Below, in pieces: positions 23,509 to 37,300 of a DNA stretch of 64,000 nucleotides. The notes beneath the pieces were generated by a model. It was not told the origin of the DNA. It made no database searches and worked only from the letters and a program-made list of their open reading frames with translations. The stretch spans positions 6,703,519-6,767,518 of the forward strand of contig CM082580.2 in assembly GCA_040954595.2 (NCBI GenBank), in the 5' to 3' direction. The position numbers were made by a program, and so were the translations under genes. Within the stretch, counting starts at the first letter, position 1. Every line of letters begins with the position of its first letter. This stretch comes from Balanoglossus misakiensis (lineage: Eukaryota > Animalia > Hemichordata).

Positions 23509-25129
23509 GTGAGAAAAAAAGGGCCGGGGGGTTATGTTCTGTGATTAACACCATGCGAGGAGGTTCTTTCGTTGACAGCTTTTGATTGATTTGCTATTGT
23601 AAAGAAACTTTATACCAGCTCCCAGAAATTGAAGTCTTCTGTAAAAAAAAAAAATAAAGCTTCCACGATTTAGGATTCATAAAAATTGATCTTCTGACCG
23701 TTTTGCGGTCTCAAATTTCAGATACCCTGGGCTACATCCGCCCTGTACAACATACGTCGATGGATTTCGTATATTCGCCTGTTTTGAATTTAGAACCATT
23801 TTGATCAAATTCCAGGAGTTAATCTCAAAATCGACTTCGTACAATTGAATCGAATTCATACACTTTGCAGGCTTCCCGTACTATTCTACAATATTGCGAC
23901 AAGTACAAAAGGAATGTGGAGTGCGGTGGTCTTTTTGCATAGTCCAAAGAAGTCGGGCACTTCGTCAATTCGGTAGCTCGGCATTTCGAGAATATCTCGG
24001 AAATACAAAGACACGTATAATGCTATACATGTTGAATTATCGACGATTATCAGCTTACATGGTTATAAAAGCAAGGCCGTCTCTCAGCAATCTTCAAACC
24101 GGAAAGATAAATGGGCAAACGTCCCTGAAGATCCCTTCTTCCAATGTTACATCTCTTGGCCCCGTGACACTAATCGTGCTTTTGGTGGGCATGGTAGCCT
24201 AGACTTGCTGAAATCTCTTCTATAGCATAGTATTAAGCGCGTATATACATAGGCTGGTCTGCGGTGCAATATTCCCGATGGTTCATATACGTGCCGTGGA
24301 TGCAGAATGAAAGGTTAATGGGAAAAAACATACGGAGAGAAATGGGTGTATGTCTTTAGGCATTTATGACATACGTGTGTCGTGGGAGAAGGCATAGCCG
24401 ACGCCGAGAAAGCACTTAATGGGTTTACCAGTTTCTCAGCTCGCTATAAAAAACTTCCTGGTGTCGAAAGTTGTTTTATGGAGTGCAGGAGTTCAGCATC
24501 GTTCTATTCCCTGGCTTCCATTTCTTCAGGGGCATGTGGTGTTGAAAGACATTTCGTCAGCTTTCTTACATGCTAAAGTAAGGGAACTTTCGCGTTCATT
24601 TTGCGGGCTCGGTTTCACTCGTCTGTTTCAGGCTGACATATTCTAACGTTTTCTAGAATCTGCATTGTCTTTCGTTAATTATGAAAGTTTTCATGGGTTA
24701 AATACTATTAAAGCACAAACTTTGTCTGTGATTAAAGTTATAAAAAGGATATTTTATGGGGGGTATACATGGACTGGTAGGGTAATTATAGACATAACTG
24801 TTGTGACATAACAATAAAATGAAACTGTATTGGTTTGATCAAGTATTTTATTACTATAGAGAAATAAATGTTTTAGTAAGACTAATGTTGACATTATAAA
24901 TGACATTATTATTATTATATTGTTTTATTGATTTTAAATACCAAATGACCACTGTCCACCTCGCGCCATGTACAAAATGTACATGTATGTATGGACATAT
25001 TATAAGTCATATACCTCGTTCATGTATTACATGACATTGCCGTAGTTTGTTGTAATGTCATTAATTTTTCTAAAACATGCAATTTGCAGAAATAGCTGCA
25101 AATGGTCGAGTCTTTTATATTCAGTATAA

Positions 25130-25388
25130 CACAGGAGATATCGAACATGTAGCTGTTTACCGAATTTGACTTGAATCGTTCCACCCTTTCTGGCAGAGAT
25201 ATCTCTTAAAATGGGCACTTTTCAATCTCAGGTTTGTGTAATCCTTGTTAAGATTGGAAAGTCCATTAAAATCTGCATCAAATTGAACAATTTGCTTTTG
25301 GATGAAGCTAATAAAGAAAGTTAACAGATAGACGGACAGACGACGGTATGAGATTATTTCTCGCGTGTGAACACTCGTGAGCTAAAAA
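25130..25388 (-). mobile_element. Helentron-associated (HINE/DINE-1-like) element end
   Basis: Minus strand reads TTTTTAGCTCACGAGTG-TT-CACACGCGAG (hairpin), then a GTCGTCTGTCCGTCTATCTGT microsatellite, the usual HINE 5' layout. Confidence 0.5.
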
Positions 25389-25479
25389 TGGTTCACTTAT
25401 TATCATATCTAATAGCTGAAAGTCGCAGTGTACTCTTTGTATCGTATATTTGTATGAGTACTATTCAGCCTGAACGCCT

Positions 25480-26202
<723 letters not shown>

Positions 26203-27778
26203 CTACGTTAAGAAGGCAGTAAGGTTAATCTATGAGATAATCACGTGTATTTTCTTTTGTATGTAGCACATATTTGGACTTTCCGTCTAAAAGACCGGAG
26301 ATAAAACTGGTAAAACACACGCTCGGCATATCCTAAGTTGTTTTAAATCTCTTGGATCGTTATTTGTAGAACTAGTTGATGGGGGCTTTCGCTCACCCGT
26401 CATTGAAAATTAACATAACAATGAAAAAAAAATAATCCGTTATTTATGACTGCATTGAACGTGTTTCGATGGTTGTGTTCCATGCCAGAAAAAAAATGAC
26501 GTTTAATCAAAATTAATGGTCATGTCCCTGCAAATGTCAGGGGATTAGTAGAATTATTCAAAAGAGAAAAAACAACATAGTAAACAAATTGCATTGTGGG
26601 GGTTATTCACATCGATGTTTCGGTTGAATACAGCGTGATATAATTCGCGCAAATAAACGAGACGATGCAGTGTACTGTTTGCCCGACAAAGGTTATAATA
26701 AAAAAGTCAGATAAATCTGTTCTCGGAAGATAGATTACTCGTTCAAAGCATGGATTTAAAGATGCGTACAATGTGCTCATATTCGAGAGGGCTTGTGTTT
26801 GTTTCTCTGTTGACAGGTCGAAAATACAAAAAAAGGCAATGAACACGGGACCACACAGTCGTAGCCATCACATGTGTGTGTGGTTTTGTCAGTAAAAGTG
26901 CTCCCATAACTACCTTTATAGGGCAATTCACGTGAGATCACGTTATAAAACAGTGTTACTTAGTTTTTGCTCTAATCGCCATAGACGTGGAATGGTCCCA
27001 TTTTGACTTAGAGATTGATATATGGCGGGTGCAACATGTGGGGCAGGATTCGCTTACTATTTTCGGAACACTTGACATCATCACTCCCTGGTCTTTTGCC
27101 AGAAGTCTACATGTATCTTTCTTTCATGGACTTGACATTGTTATGTGTGTTTTATTGATTGTATGTTCCTGTGCTGTGGTGTATCGTTTTGTGACGGTCT
27201 TTGCAACAAGCCATACTGTATACATGTATCTGACCTATGAACTTAAGAATATGGATGGGTATGATCACAATTATCTAAAAATTCTGGGGATGTGCTGCAT
27301 TTTGTAATTTTGCGCTGTCTGTATAAAGCTCATGATTTATGCGAGTGAGTGTGGGACGTGAGTGTCGCTTTATTTATTTATTTACCCTAAGCTACATATG
27401 ATGTTCATTTTTTGCCTGTACGGTTTGCATTGTACGGATAGGCAAGTATTTTCCATTCCCAAGCCTTCTACTCTATATTTCTTTGCGACAGACCACATGA
27501 AAATTTAATAAGAGCGTCTAGTTTTCATTTAGCTGTCCAGCGAACGAGTTTCTTTGAGGTTAAAACGGGATTAAAAATATCGAAATTCAGAATTAGTCGG
27601 GGTTTAGCCAGCGTGAGTATGTTTGCTAGCCTAAATACTGAAGTAGGTTTCCCACAAGCAAGATGCTCAAAGAGGATAATGTAAATCATGAGAGATTAGA
27701 TCTTACCAAGATCTGAATATAAACTTCCCAGAAACACATGACAGGTATTCCATTCGTACACAGCAGTGGAAGAGGTCG

Positions 27779-27892
<114 letters not shown>

Positions 27893-30699
27893 AATTTTGA
27901 CTTTTGACATATGCAACATTACGCGATGTACCCTCGTTTCTATAGACTACAACGGAAGATCGATGGCTCCACTTCGAGGGAATCACTCGGATGCTAAAAT
28001 GACGGACAACTTGACGGATTGTCCGGTTGTGTAGTAAACAATGCGAAATCAATATGCGTCACTTAACAACGACGAGTGCACGCCATTGTGTGGAACGGAT
28101 TAAAAGTGCCGGGCATGGCGCTAAAAATAAGTGCATTAATTTCCGATAGTCGGATTCCCGTCATTACTACGGAAATATTATATCTGCTGATTGTTAGGAT
28201 GAGAATGCTGTATAGTAGATCCGTGTAAGAAGGAATTCGATTCGTTTGCGGAAATGTGCGAAAAAATGTATAGGATGGCTTTAATACTAAGTATGCCGCT
28301 TTTCCGTGAAAAACCACCAAAGGACTAAAAGAATATTGTCTTACAACAAACATATATGTAAACACCCAAGCCAGACATAGTCATTTGAATAATATTACAT
28401 CACATGCCATGGTATTTTGGAACCAATAGAAGTGGGCAAAACGCGTCCATGCTAATATAATATGAGAAAGGTATCAATAAAATGTATGGTCGATGCATTG
28501 TTTACGAGTTGCTATCTCTTTTGGACACTTTATTTTCTGTACACATTTGGACCTCAAATCAATCTAGGACTGCGAAAAAACTCTGGAGTATCTAGTTGAC
28601 TCGTGGTAAAACGTCTTTGACCAAGGGATTCAATAACCATGCGACTGTATTAAAAGTTTATTAATCCGCGATAGAATAAACTTTGACATTTTATTTCCAG
28701 ATTTAAAATATAAAAATAGGATATCATTAGCTGGCTGTAGTAAAGTCTGCACTAATCCCTAACACTCAGCTCGACCAAAATAGTATATTTTGGAAGCGAC
28801 AATCTTACTCGGGACGGAACCCGACACACTCGGCAAATTTGATACAGAACTGATAAATCTTTCGTTTGTTAATTTAATACCGAACGATACACTCTTGAAA
28901 ATTCTAACAAGGCTAGCTTAGAAATGTATGTGGCGAATACAATTTTTGCATAAGTTATCTGGAATTTAGCTTTTTTTATTTTTCTGGAGTCAAGCCCGAT
29001 CGAAATAAATGTTCGGATGTTCTTATACTAACGTATGTGTACAGACGTTTCAGCTCGTAACTGTTCTTTCGCAAGCAGTGACCAAAATTTCAGGGCGAAT
29101 CTAACCATATACGATCATTATCTTTTTAAAAGGAAAAATGCCGATCTTAGATTATCTCCCAACTACGATAATTCTCCGCAATTGCATTTCGGGATGAGAG
29201 CGGCTCCCTGTGAGCAGACAATCAGTAATTTCCATGGCTGTCTCTCGCGTTCAGTCATGATTTTAGTTTTAATACTGAACTGAGACATAATTGACGCGAG
29301 CTTGAGAAAGCGGCTTAAAGGTTTACTGACCCCTGCTATATTGTCGCATGAAATTTATTTGCCAATTACAGGAATGCACAATAACAAATATCTAGCTGTG
29401 TGCCGTACTGACTTTACGTTGGCGAATGGCGAAGACGATGCCACACACACACGTCAGAGGTCACGTTTGATTTTTTCCGTGGGTTTGCTGAATGTTGACA
29501 GATACTGCCGCTCACTTACAAATTATCGGATGAATGGATTACACGGGCGGCACCATACGGCGTTTTATGAAGTTGGAATTAGGGACCGTAAACAGTTTTC
29601 ATTTCAATTTCAAGGACGGCTTTTTTTCGATATCTGTCGAATTGTTGTTGAAAATCGAGTTGGCGTTGATGATTTGACGTGTGAGTTATGATCATCCATA
29701 TGTCGGGGACTACTATGCACCCCAAAAAAGTATAAACGCTGTAATATTGTTGTTTGTGAATTTTTTTTGAATAAGGGACGTTCCGTATTAAAACGTGGGT
29801 GGATTAATGTAATTTTCAGTAAATCGGTATTGTCATGTCTTTGTTTTCGATTTTGTTTTTCATTTTTTTGCGATGGACAGATCACCATAAATTGTCTGGT
29901 TTGGGCGTGGCGCGTCCCATCGATAGTAAAATTACTGAAATACCCACGTTTATAGAAGTTCGCGCAAAGGAGTGTATGTCGATTAAACAGCGCAGCACTA
30001 TCTTCCTGCTTCACCCCCCCCCCCCCAGACGAATTTGAGATGTTGTTTTCCTAAATGAAAAATGCGACGCTCACTTTTACGTCATAGTTATTACCTCGGT
30101 AGTACGAATAAATTGTGAATCGTTGTCAATTAGGTCGAATTGTGTGCTATTATAAGGCGTATACTCTGCCAACAGCACATGCTGTTTTTAATGTAGCTGC
30201 GGCCTATTCACTATTTTTGGCACAATGCCAAAGCATGACACTATGGCGTAGTAGGGACTCAATTTACACCGTCTTGGCACAGAGCCAAATTACGATTTCT
30301 GTATAAATTATACTAGAAAATGGCAAAGTCAGCACATTTTAATGATTTTTTTTTATGTCAGTGTCAAGTTTCACCAAGGCGGTTTATCAAAGAGGACAAA
30401 GAAAAGAAAGCAATCGTATGTTTGTCAATTCTATGACAGTACGTCACACCAAGAAACTTGAATGAAATATGATTTTAGTTGGCAATGCCAACGATTTCGG
30501 TCAAGGGGAAAAGACGGGAGTGCTTGTCGAGAGAGGGGAAATGTGTCTTGCTGGAATTGTCCGTATCAGAATGAATAAGAAATTTGTTTCGGTTTATTTC
30601 ATGTGTTCACCGATTTGTAATTGGGAAAGAAAATTATAGAGGGAGTGATTTGCCGCTAACACTGACAAAGCTGTTATGCGAGCAACATCACAAATTCAG

Positions 30700-30900
30700 T
30701 GGCTCCCTCGCTGTTAGCGACCAATCAAATGGAAAGAACCTTGGCAACGTCACGGAAGAGGGTGATTCCTGGTCACTGGGCTTCATCTCATTAGCATAGA
30801 AAATGAATATGTATAAGACAATCGGCCAATGGAGTAGCGCAGTTTATCACGTGATACTGCATGCAGGAGAAATATTTTGCTGCGCTCAGTTGGCGAACGC
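30700..30900 (+). promoter_or_regulatory. GLCCI1/FAM117 promoter
   Basis: CCAAT boxes (30721, 30826), X-box-like CCTTGGCAAC running into ACGTCA and CGGAAG (30739-30758), and a perfect palindrome TATCACGTGATA (30845-30856), 190-320 nt upstream of the ATG. Confidence 0.6.
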
Positions 30901-31042
30901 TGAAAGGAGCTAACAGTTGTACGCAGAATTGCCCAGGAAAAGTCGTCCGTTTTATGCGTTTCTTATCGTCTTATATATTAGAGACTTTGCCAAGGGAACA
31001 TTTACTACATAAACTACCTCGGATTGAAGTTTTAAAACAACA

Positions 31043-31301
31043 ATGGCCGCACAACCGCCCCAGTGGCCGAGAAGGATTGCTTCTCCCTCGTCAACAAAGC
31101 CACCGCCGATGAAAGCTACATTAGTGCCGATTTCGCTACGGCAAGGCAGTCCGACACGAAGTAATGGTCGTCGATCAAGTCCTACCTCATCGCCAACACC
31201 ACTATGGGCCTCAGATACAAGAGTCAAACACAGGCGTTCCCCAGACCACAGAACATCCCCGGAAAGGCGTAGTCCAACGTCACCAAGCAGTTTCAACAAA
31301 G
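31043..31301 (+). CDS. GLCCI1: GLCCI1/FAM117 coding exon 1 (Ser/Pro/Arg-rich)
   Basis: acaATGG start, 259 nt, AAG|gtgagt donor. Confidence 0.87.
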
Positions 31302-34300
31302 GTGAGTCGTGAGCGCTCCGTGTCAAGTCTTGAATTGAATTTTCGGACGCCATTTTGCTTGATTTCTATGTTGTAATCCCCAAACTAGACCCAAAATTTT
31401 CCCATTTTCCGGGGAATTCGGGGATTTCCTGAGAGACCCCCATAAAGTTATAACCCGTATTTTCATTTGGCACCAAATTCCCTTTAAATCGACGACATAT
31501 TGCAAAAATAATAAAATTTCATTATTTAGTGGATAAAGAAGGTACTGGATTGCGGGATAATTTCCATGCGTATTGCCGATCACGGCATTCCACAATCAGT
31601 CGTGTTACTATTTTTTTCGTTTTATTGTCAAACTGAATTTCCTAGAAAAAAATGCGCTTGGTCTTTTTTATCCTCCTCATCGACGTATTTTTTTTAATAC
31701 GGGGAACTTTTTATAGCTCAATACGATTTTTTGTAGCAACTTGCCAAAACCCGCCACTCGCCATCCGCTGGACACGGCAAGCGCAAATTGCTTGTCGCTT
31801 TCAAATCTTGCTGTAGTATGCTAATACTTCACGCTGTATCGAAAGTAATATATTCCTGGATATATTGTGAATCGTCGGCCCTTCCAATACACTTTGTGTT
31901 GTATTTTCTCCTGAGTGATTTCTTATACGTTTTTTTTTTCGCGTTTCGGCTTGATATTTCGGAAGGTGTGTGGTTACACGCCTTCTTGTTGATTTCGTAC
32001 CATTGGCATCGCCGTCGAAATTTGTGAGCAAAACATTTCCCCGATATTTCTGATCGCGTGTATTTAACTACAGACAATTTAGTAATCCTGTATAAAATAT
32101 TCTTTGTCGAAATCTCCCCATATTGCTCAAGCGTGTTTTGTCTGACCCCAAGGAGAATTATGCCATACGTAACGTTAGAATTTCATGTATGATTTCAATA
32201 TGTATGTAATCGCAGATCTATTTGATAACACCAGGACCCGTTTTCTTTCAAATCTACTGAGTTTGTCTGATCTTGTGTAGTTTTTTTCTCTCCAACCTTT
32301 ACATTATGTTTACAGGACACATCAGAAGATATAGTCCAGGAGTGGGCGTTTTGTTCTTACATTAAGCATGTTGCATTATTTTCTAGTGAAGGAAAACAAT
32401 GAAAACCCTGGCTTTGTAAAAATGCATTCACCAGGTGCAAGGAAGACACAGTGCTGTGAATGGCTATGTTTTGTATGCTTCCAGTAGCAGCAGCTGCTCC
32501 TTGTAATACTGTTTTCAGCTTTCACTTTTGTTCAACAGCTATGTGCAGAAGAGAGATCCCTTGATTTCAGATCATGTATCTAGAAGCTGGTTTTAAAATT
32601 TGATAGGATCATTCCTTCACATGAGATCTCAAAAAGGGACTCTTATAAGTGGGCTGAGCATCATGCCATATTAAACTTTTCAAACAAGGATGATCAGTTT
32701 TTAATTAAAGCATAGAGTCTATGCTTTAATTAAAAACTGGGCAGAACCCTGATAGACAGTATATCAAATATATTCAGTGGCTCGAGAAGAACATACTGGT
32801 TCTGGGTTTTTAAAAAATTCTGCTTTATCAATGATAATCATAAAATTCTGCTTTATCAATGATAATCATATAATATGATTATCATTGATAAAGCAGAATT
32901 TTTTAAAAACCCAGAACCAGTATGTTCTTCTCGAGCCACTGAATATATTTGATTCAGATGAGATCTTTGGTGGTATATGTGAATTGTTCTGAAAATCCAT
33001 CACTATTATCATTTGAAATGAACCATTTTTACAATGTATGCATTATTCGTAATCTTTCACCTTCCTGTTGTGGAGCTGGAAAACTCCTTGGTTCAGGAAT
33101 GACTGTCAACAGTTAAGCTACTGAACACCCTGTTTTCAGACTCTACCATTTATATTAATTTGCTTACTGTCAAAGGTTCAGAGTGCACATTCTTGGTTCT
33201 GTGAGGTTTTGACATTTCTCTGACACTTCCGGAAGGAAAGCTTCTGCATTTCATTCATTTGATATCTTTTATGCATGTTTGTGGGCAGCGTTTTAAATGC
33301 AATAAATATCGGTGAAAGGGTTAGGTTAGTTCATTTTTTTTTCACATTCTTAACGTCTCCATAACAGCGTAGATTATGGTAAGATGAGTGAGAAATTAGA
33401 AAACTTGTTGAGAATCTTATAATGACTCCCATTCCATGTAATACATATGTACTTTAAACTGGAAAATTTTTGCAATATTGGGAGGTGACTATTTCATGAC
33501 GATTAATTGTCGCGTTCTCTTATTTTACAAACTGCATCGCTGTTCTTTATTAAAATTTGCGTTTTTCTGTCTCTCAGGAAGTTTGCGAAAATTCCCAGTT
33601 TACAGTATTACCGATATATTTAGTGACCTCTCTGGTTTTTCATGCACATGGAAGAGTGAAAGTAAAGCAGATGATTTATTGGAACACTGACTCTTCATTT
33701 GAATGAGTCTTTTGATTCTTTGGTTGGCCTCTGACTGTATCACTTTCACATTTTGTTCTCACACTTGCCATGTGGTGTCTGGTGATTCATAATTACATGC
33801 ATGATTGGAAAATTTGGTTTTGACCCATTTTGGTGCAAGAAAGGTCAACCAATATAGTTTGGCATGGACTAGGCTGGCATTTCTTGTGGAAATTCCAGTG
33901 AAGACAGTGATTGGATACATAAACTTGCAATAGAACAGTTGTCCATTTCTGGATTTCTGTCATCAACACTGTAGGTATCTAAAAGTAAGCTTGTGTCGGT
34001 TTTATTCAGTGTTGTCCTTGAAAGTGTAGTATGGGAATTAATTTAAATATCAAGGGCTCCGCTGGTATCAATACATTATAAAGTTTTACTTTTTTTTTAC
34101 AGGCATGCATACACCAGTGGTTTCTGTCACTTTGCTGTAAATACAGATTCTTATTTTTTTAATCTGCAATCTTGGTCATTTGCTGCCCAATTTGCTAACC
34201 ACAGTGTCCCAGGATGACTATTGTTGACACCAAACTCCAGCACCTGCTTCCAGTCTCCTTTGTTTACGTGTCAGGGCTGTGGTTTCAAACTTGGTTAGAA

Positions 34301-37300
34301 TGCCATGTATTTCTTGTGGCGCCGTGTTTTGTGTCCCAGCAATCGGCCAGGACCATCCCCTATAATTAGGTTACCCGGTGCATGCCTTCTGTGCAGTTCC
34401 TCGTGTGAACGGTAGACTTGACACAAGAATTGTCTCTTGTGCCCAGAGTGAAAATCAACATAGTCTCCCATTGTTAGTCAGAGCTCCGTGTTTTAGCGAA
34501 TTGCGGCATTGTGCTTTAAAGCATTCATGGTATAAACAAAAGACAAAAAAAAGGCTCCAGATGATTGCTTTCCATCCCAAAAGATTTAGATTTCCAATGT
34601 GCCACGTGTATGGAAACACGTGAGACTTGTGAGGCACATGTAATTGTGAATTTATAAAAAGACATTGTCCTGCCCTGCCAAATACAGCCCTGTACATCTA
34701 CCGGTATACTACTTTCTATATGCTATACACCAACAAATAATTCACTCCCCTTCTAGTCTACACAATGTTTATGACATTTAGATTGTAGGGGTTGAAACTT
34801 TGTTCACCAGGAATGTTTTGCACTATCAAGTACAAGAATTCAGTTCCATGCTGTAAACGTGCTAGTATGCCACCACCGCAGATAATTCAAGTTTGATCAC
34901 TCCGGTTTTATGTTCCAGTTGAGTGTTGTGAGCTTGGAAGAGCTCCAGTCAGAATTTTAAATTGGCAATGATCAATAGCATGTCATTCCGGATGTGCCTT
35001 TATCTGCGCAGCCTTGTATCGGTGGAGGGGAAGAAAGATATTCTTTTATGGAAGGATTAGGCTGGTCCAAGTCGCCACCCTTGAACATCGCTGTCATCGA
35101 GAGCCGAGCGGCTGTATAATTCAAGACTGGAAGTTAATTCCCCCCCAAAACCCTGTGTTGTTTTGAACTCCACCGACTTGTAATCAGAGTGTGCTTTTCC
35201 TGGCTTATGGGTGCCCATCAAAGTGGGGATTTGAATATGTTTGTGGTTCTAAATGCATTGCCTAGGCATTATATGGATGTACGGTTTCAGTTTCCACCGC
35301 AGGATCAATAAAAAAACCTTTGGTTTGCAGTCTTAGGTTTTCATGCAAAATTGATCAGCGTGTGTATGCTGGAGTACATAAATACAAACGCTGGGGTATT
35401 TTGGAATCTTATTTGCATGCATCCCAGGGCCCGCGGAGCCTGCTGTAGCTGTGAAGCAAAACTTGGCATCCAATGTGAAAACCATAAATACATCTGCAGG
35501 AAGGTTTAACAGATGACATCCTTGCGAACCCCCCGATGAATTCATAACCTTTTGGTATTTCCCAGAGTCTTGCGTTTTAGTGCCAAGATCTCTTTTTTCT
35601 CAGCGCCAGCAAATCTCCATTGCTACTTAGGCCCTGGAAAGTCCTCGGGCACATAGTGCCATGTTCGACTGTTCAGGGGTTCTCACAGCGGCTTTACCGA
35701 GGCAAGGATGCATGGCTTTCCCTAGGTCTCTTTCTTTCCCCACGAGAACACGTTAGCAAACAATCCAAATAAATCTTTCTCGAGATGTGCCACATGGAGA
35801 AAGGCAAAGTGATAACTTTACGGCCTGTAACGGGCGATGTGATGGTTCTTCAGAATTGTAGATAAGAGATTTCTTATTTGATTTTCTGCAGCTACACCGC
35901 ACTGTGGGTGTTTCGCTGTGGGGTCAGTGCAAAAAGGTCACGGGGCTTGAAGCACCTGCATCTGTCATCTTGTTGGCAAAGTGGTTAAAACATGGCTGCA
36001 GTATTCTATAGGGCTTTGTGTGATTAGAAATGCATCACATGGCAGTACACACATTTTAGTGATGGACGTGTTTATATATAAACAGGATGGTGTCAGCACC
36101 GTGTGATGATCCCACTTCAGTATCTTTTCTCCAGCCAAATAGAATTTAACCACTATAGACATCAGCCAAAGTATGCTACATATTGCAGTTAGTTGCCAGT
36201 ATTTCACAAAAAAGCGAAGTAGGCTCTCGTTGTGGAGTGACAGTATGGTTAAAAAGCATCCAGATTGGTTGACACAAGTCGTGATTTTAGCTATTTTTTG
36301 AAAACATATTTTTTTTATGAAAAGATGAATGCCTGTACTTCTTTATTAAACGTGAAAGATGGTGTGAGATGGAAAACTTGAAAGGGACATTTTCACTTTG
36401 GACAGGAAATATGGCAGGTGAAGCTGTCAAGCCTGTTTTGCACCATTTTGATTTATGATGAAGCAGTTTCATATTTGTTTGGCAGAAGATGTCAAATGAT
36501 ATTACATTACCTGGCTCACAGCGTGTCTGAATTCAAAAAGACTTGTCAGTTGCCAGTACTGTCTCAGTGTGTATTAAAGTGTGCAGTAAAAGGGGATTTC
36601 TGAAGAAAATTACAATGGAACTCTTCCCATGTTCTCAGTGTCCGTGAAGGCAAAACCCACTTTTGGATACCTCTATAGATTAGCCAACTGAATTTTTAAA
36701 AATAGATATTCTAGCATTATTTTAATTGGGTAAGCAGGGGTGTGTACGTGTTTTCTCCAGAGCAATAGCCACCGCCCTGAAATTTTAGAAAACAATAGGA
36801 AATTAACATAACAGTAATGTTTAGTGTTATGCAAATTAGCCACCATTCAACCAGAAATTCCCAGTTGAACATATCCTTTCCATCGCAAAATTTGAAATTC
36901 ATATATGTGAAATCAACATTGAGTTCCTTCTTTATATGTGGACACAAATTGCCTTCACGAAAAAAGGGGTAAACAAAATTGCAGCAGAAAGCTTTTCCCC
37001 CAGCATTCTTTTCCTGAATTATTACTCGATTAAAACTGCAGTTCCTGGGGCATGTAAAATGGGCATTGATCGAAACACAAACTGGTTTGACAATCTGACA
37101 AATCCATCTCCATATTTAATTTATGGTATATTGTAGCGAATGACAATCATATCGACAGCTAACCTGGAGCAGAATACCCCCATAGAATTCTCCCAAAGCA
37201 ACTCAAGCTTTTCATTCTGTCCCTTTTCATATCAGAATATTCAACACTGCACATGTGTACATATATTGCGCACAAAGGCAGCCCATTCCATCGGTGACCT

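Noticed and set aside
24380-24646. TATAAAAA (~24445) plus a downstream gtaagg donor suggesting a small intergenic gene
   Set aside because: No convincing ORF or downstream exon.
30952-31353. 133-aa minus-strand ORF over GLCCI1 exon 1
   Set aside because: Antisense shadow of a GC-rich coding exon.
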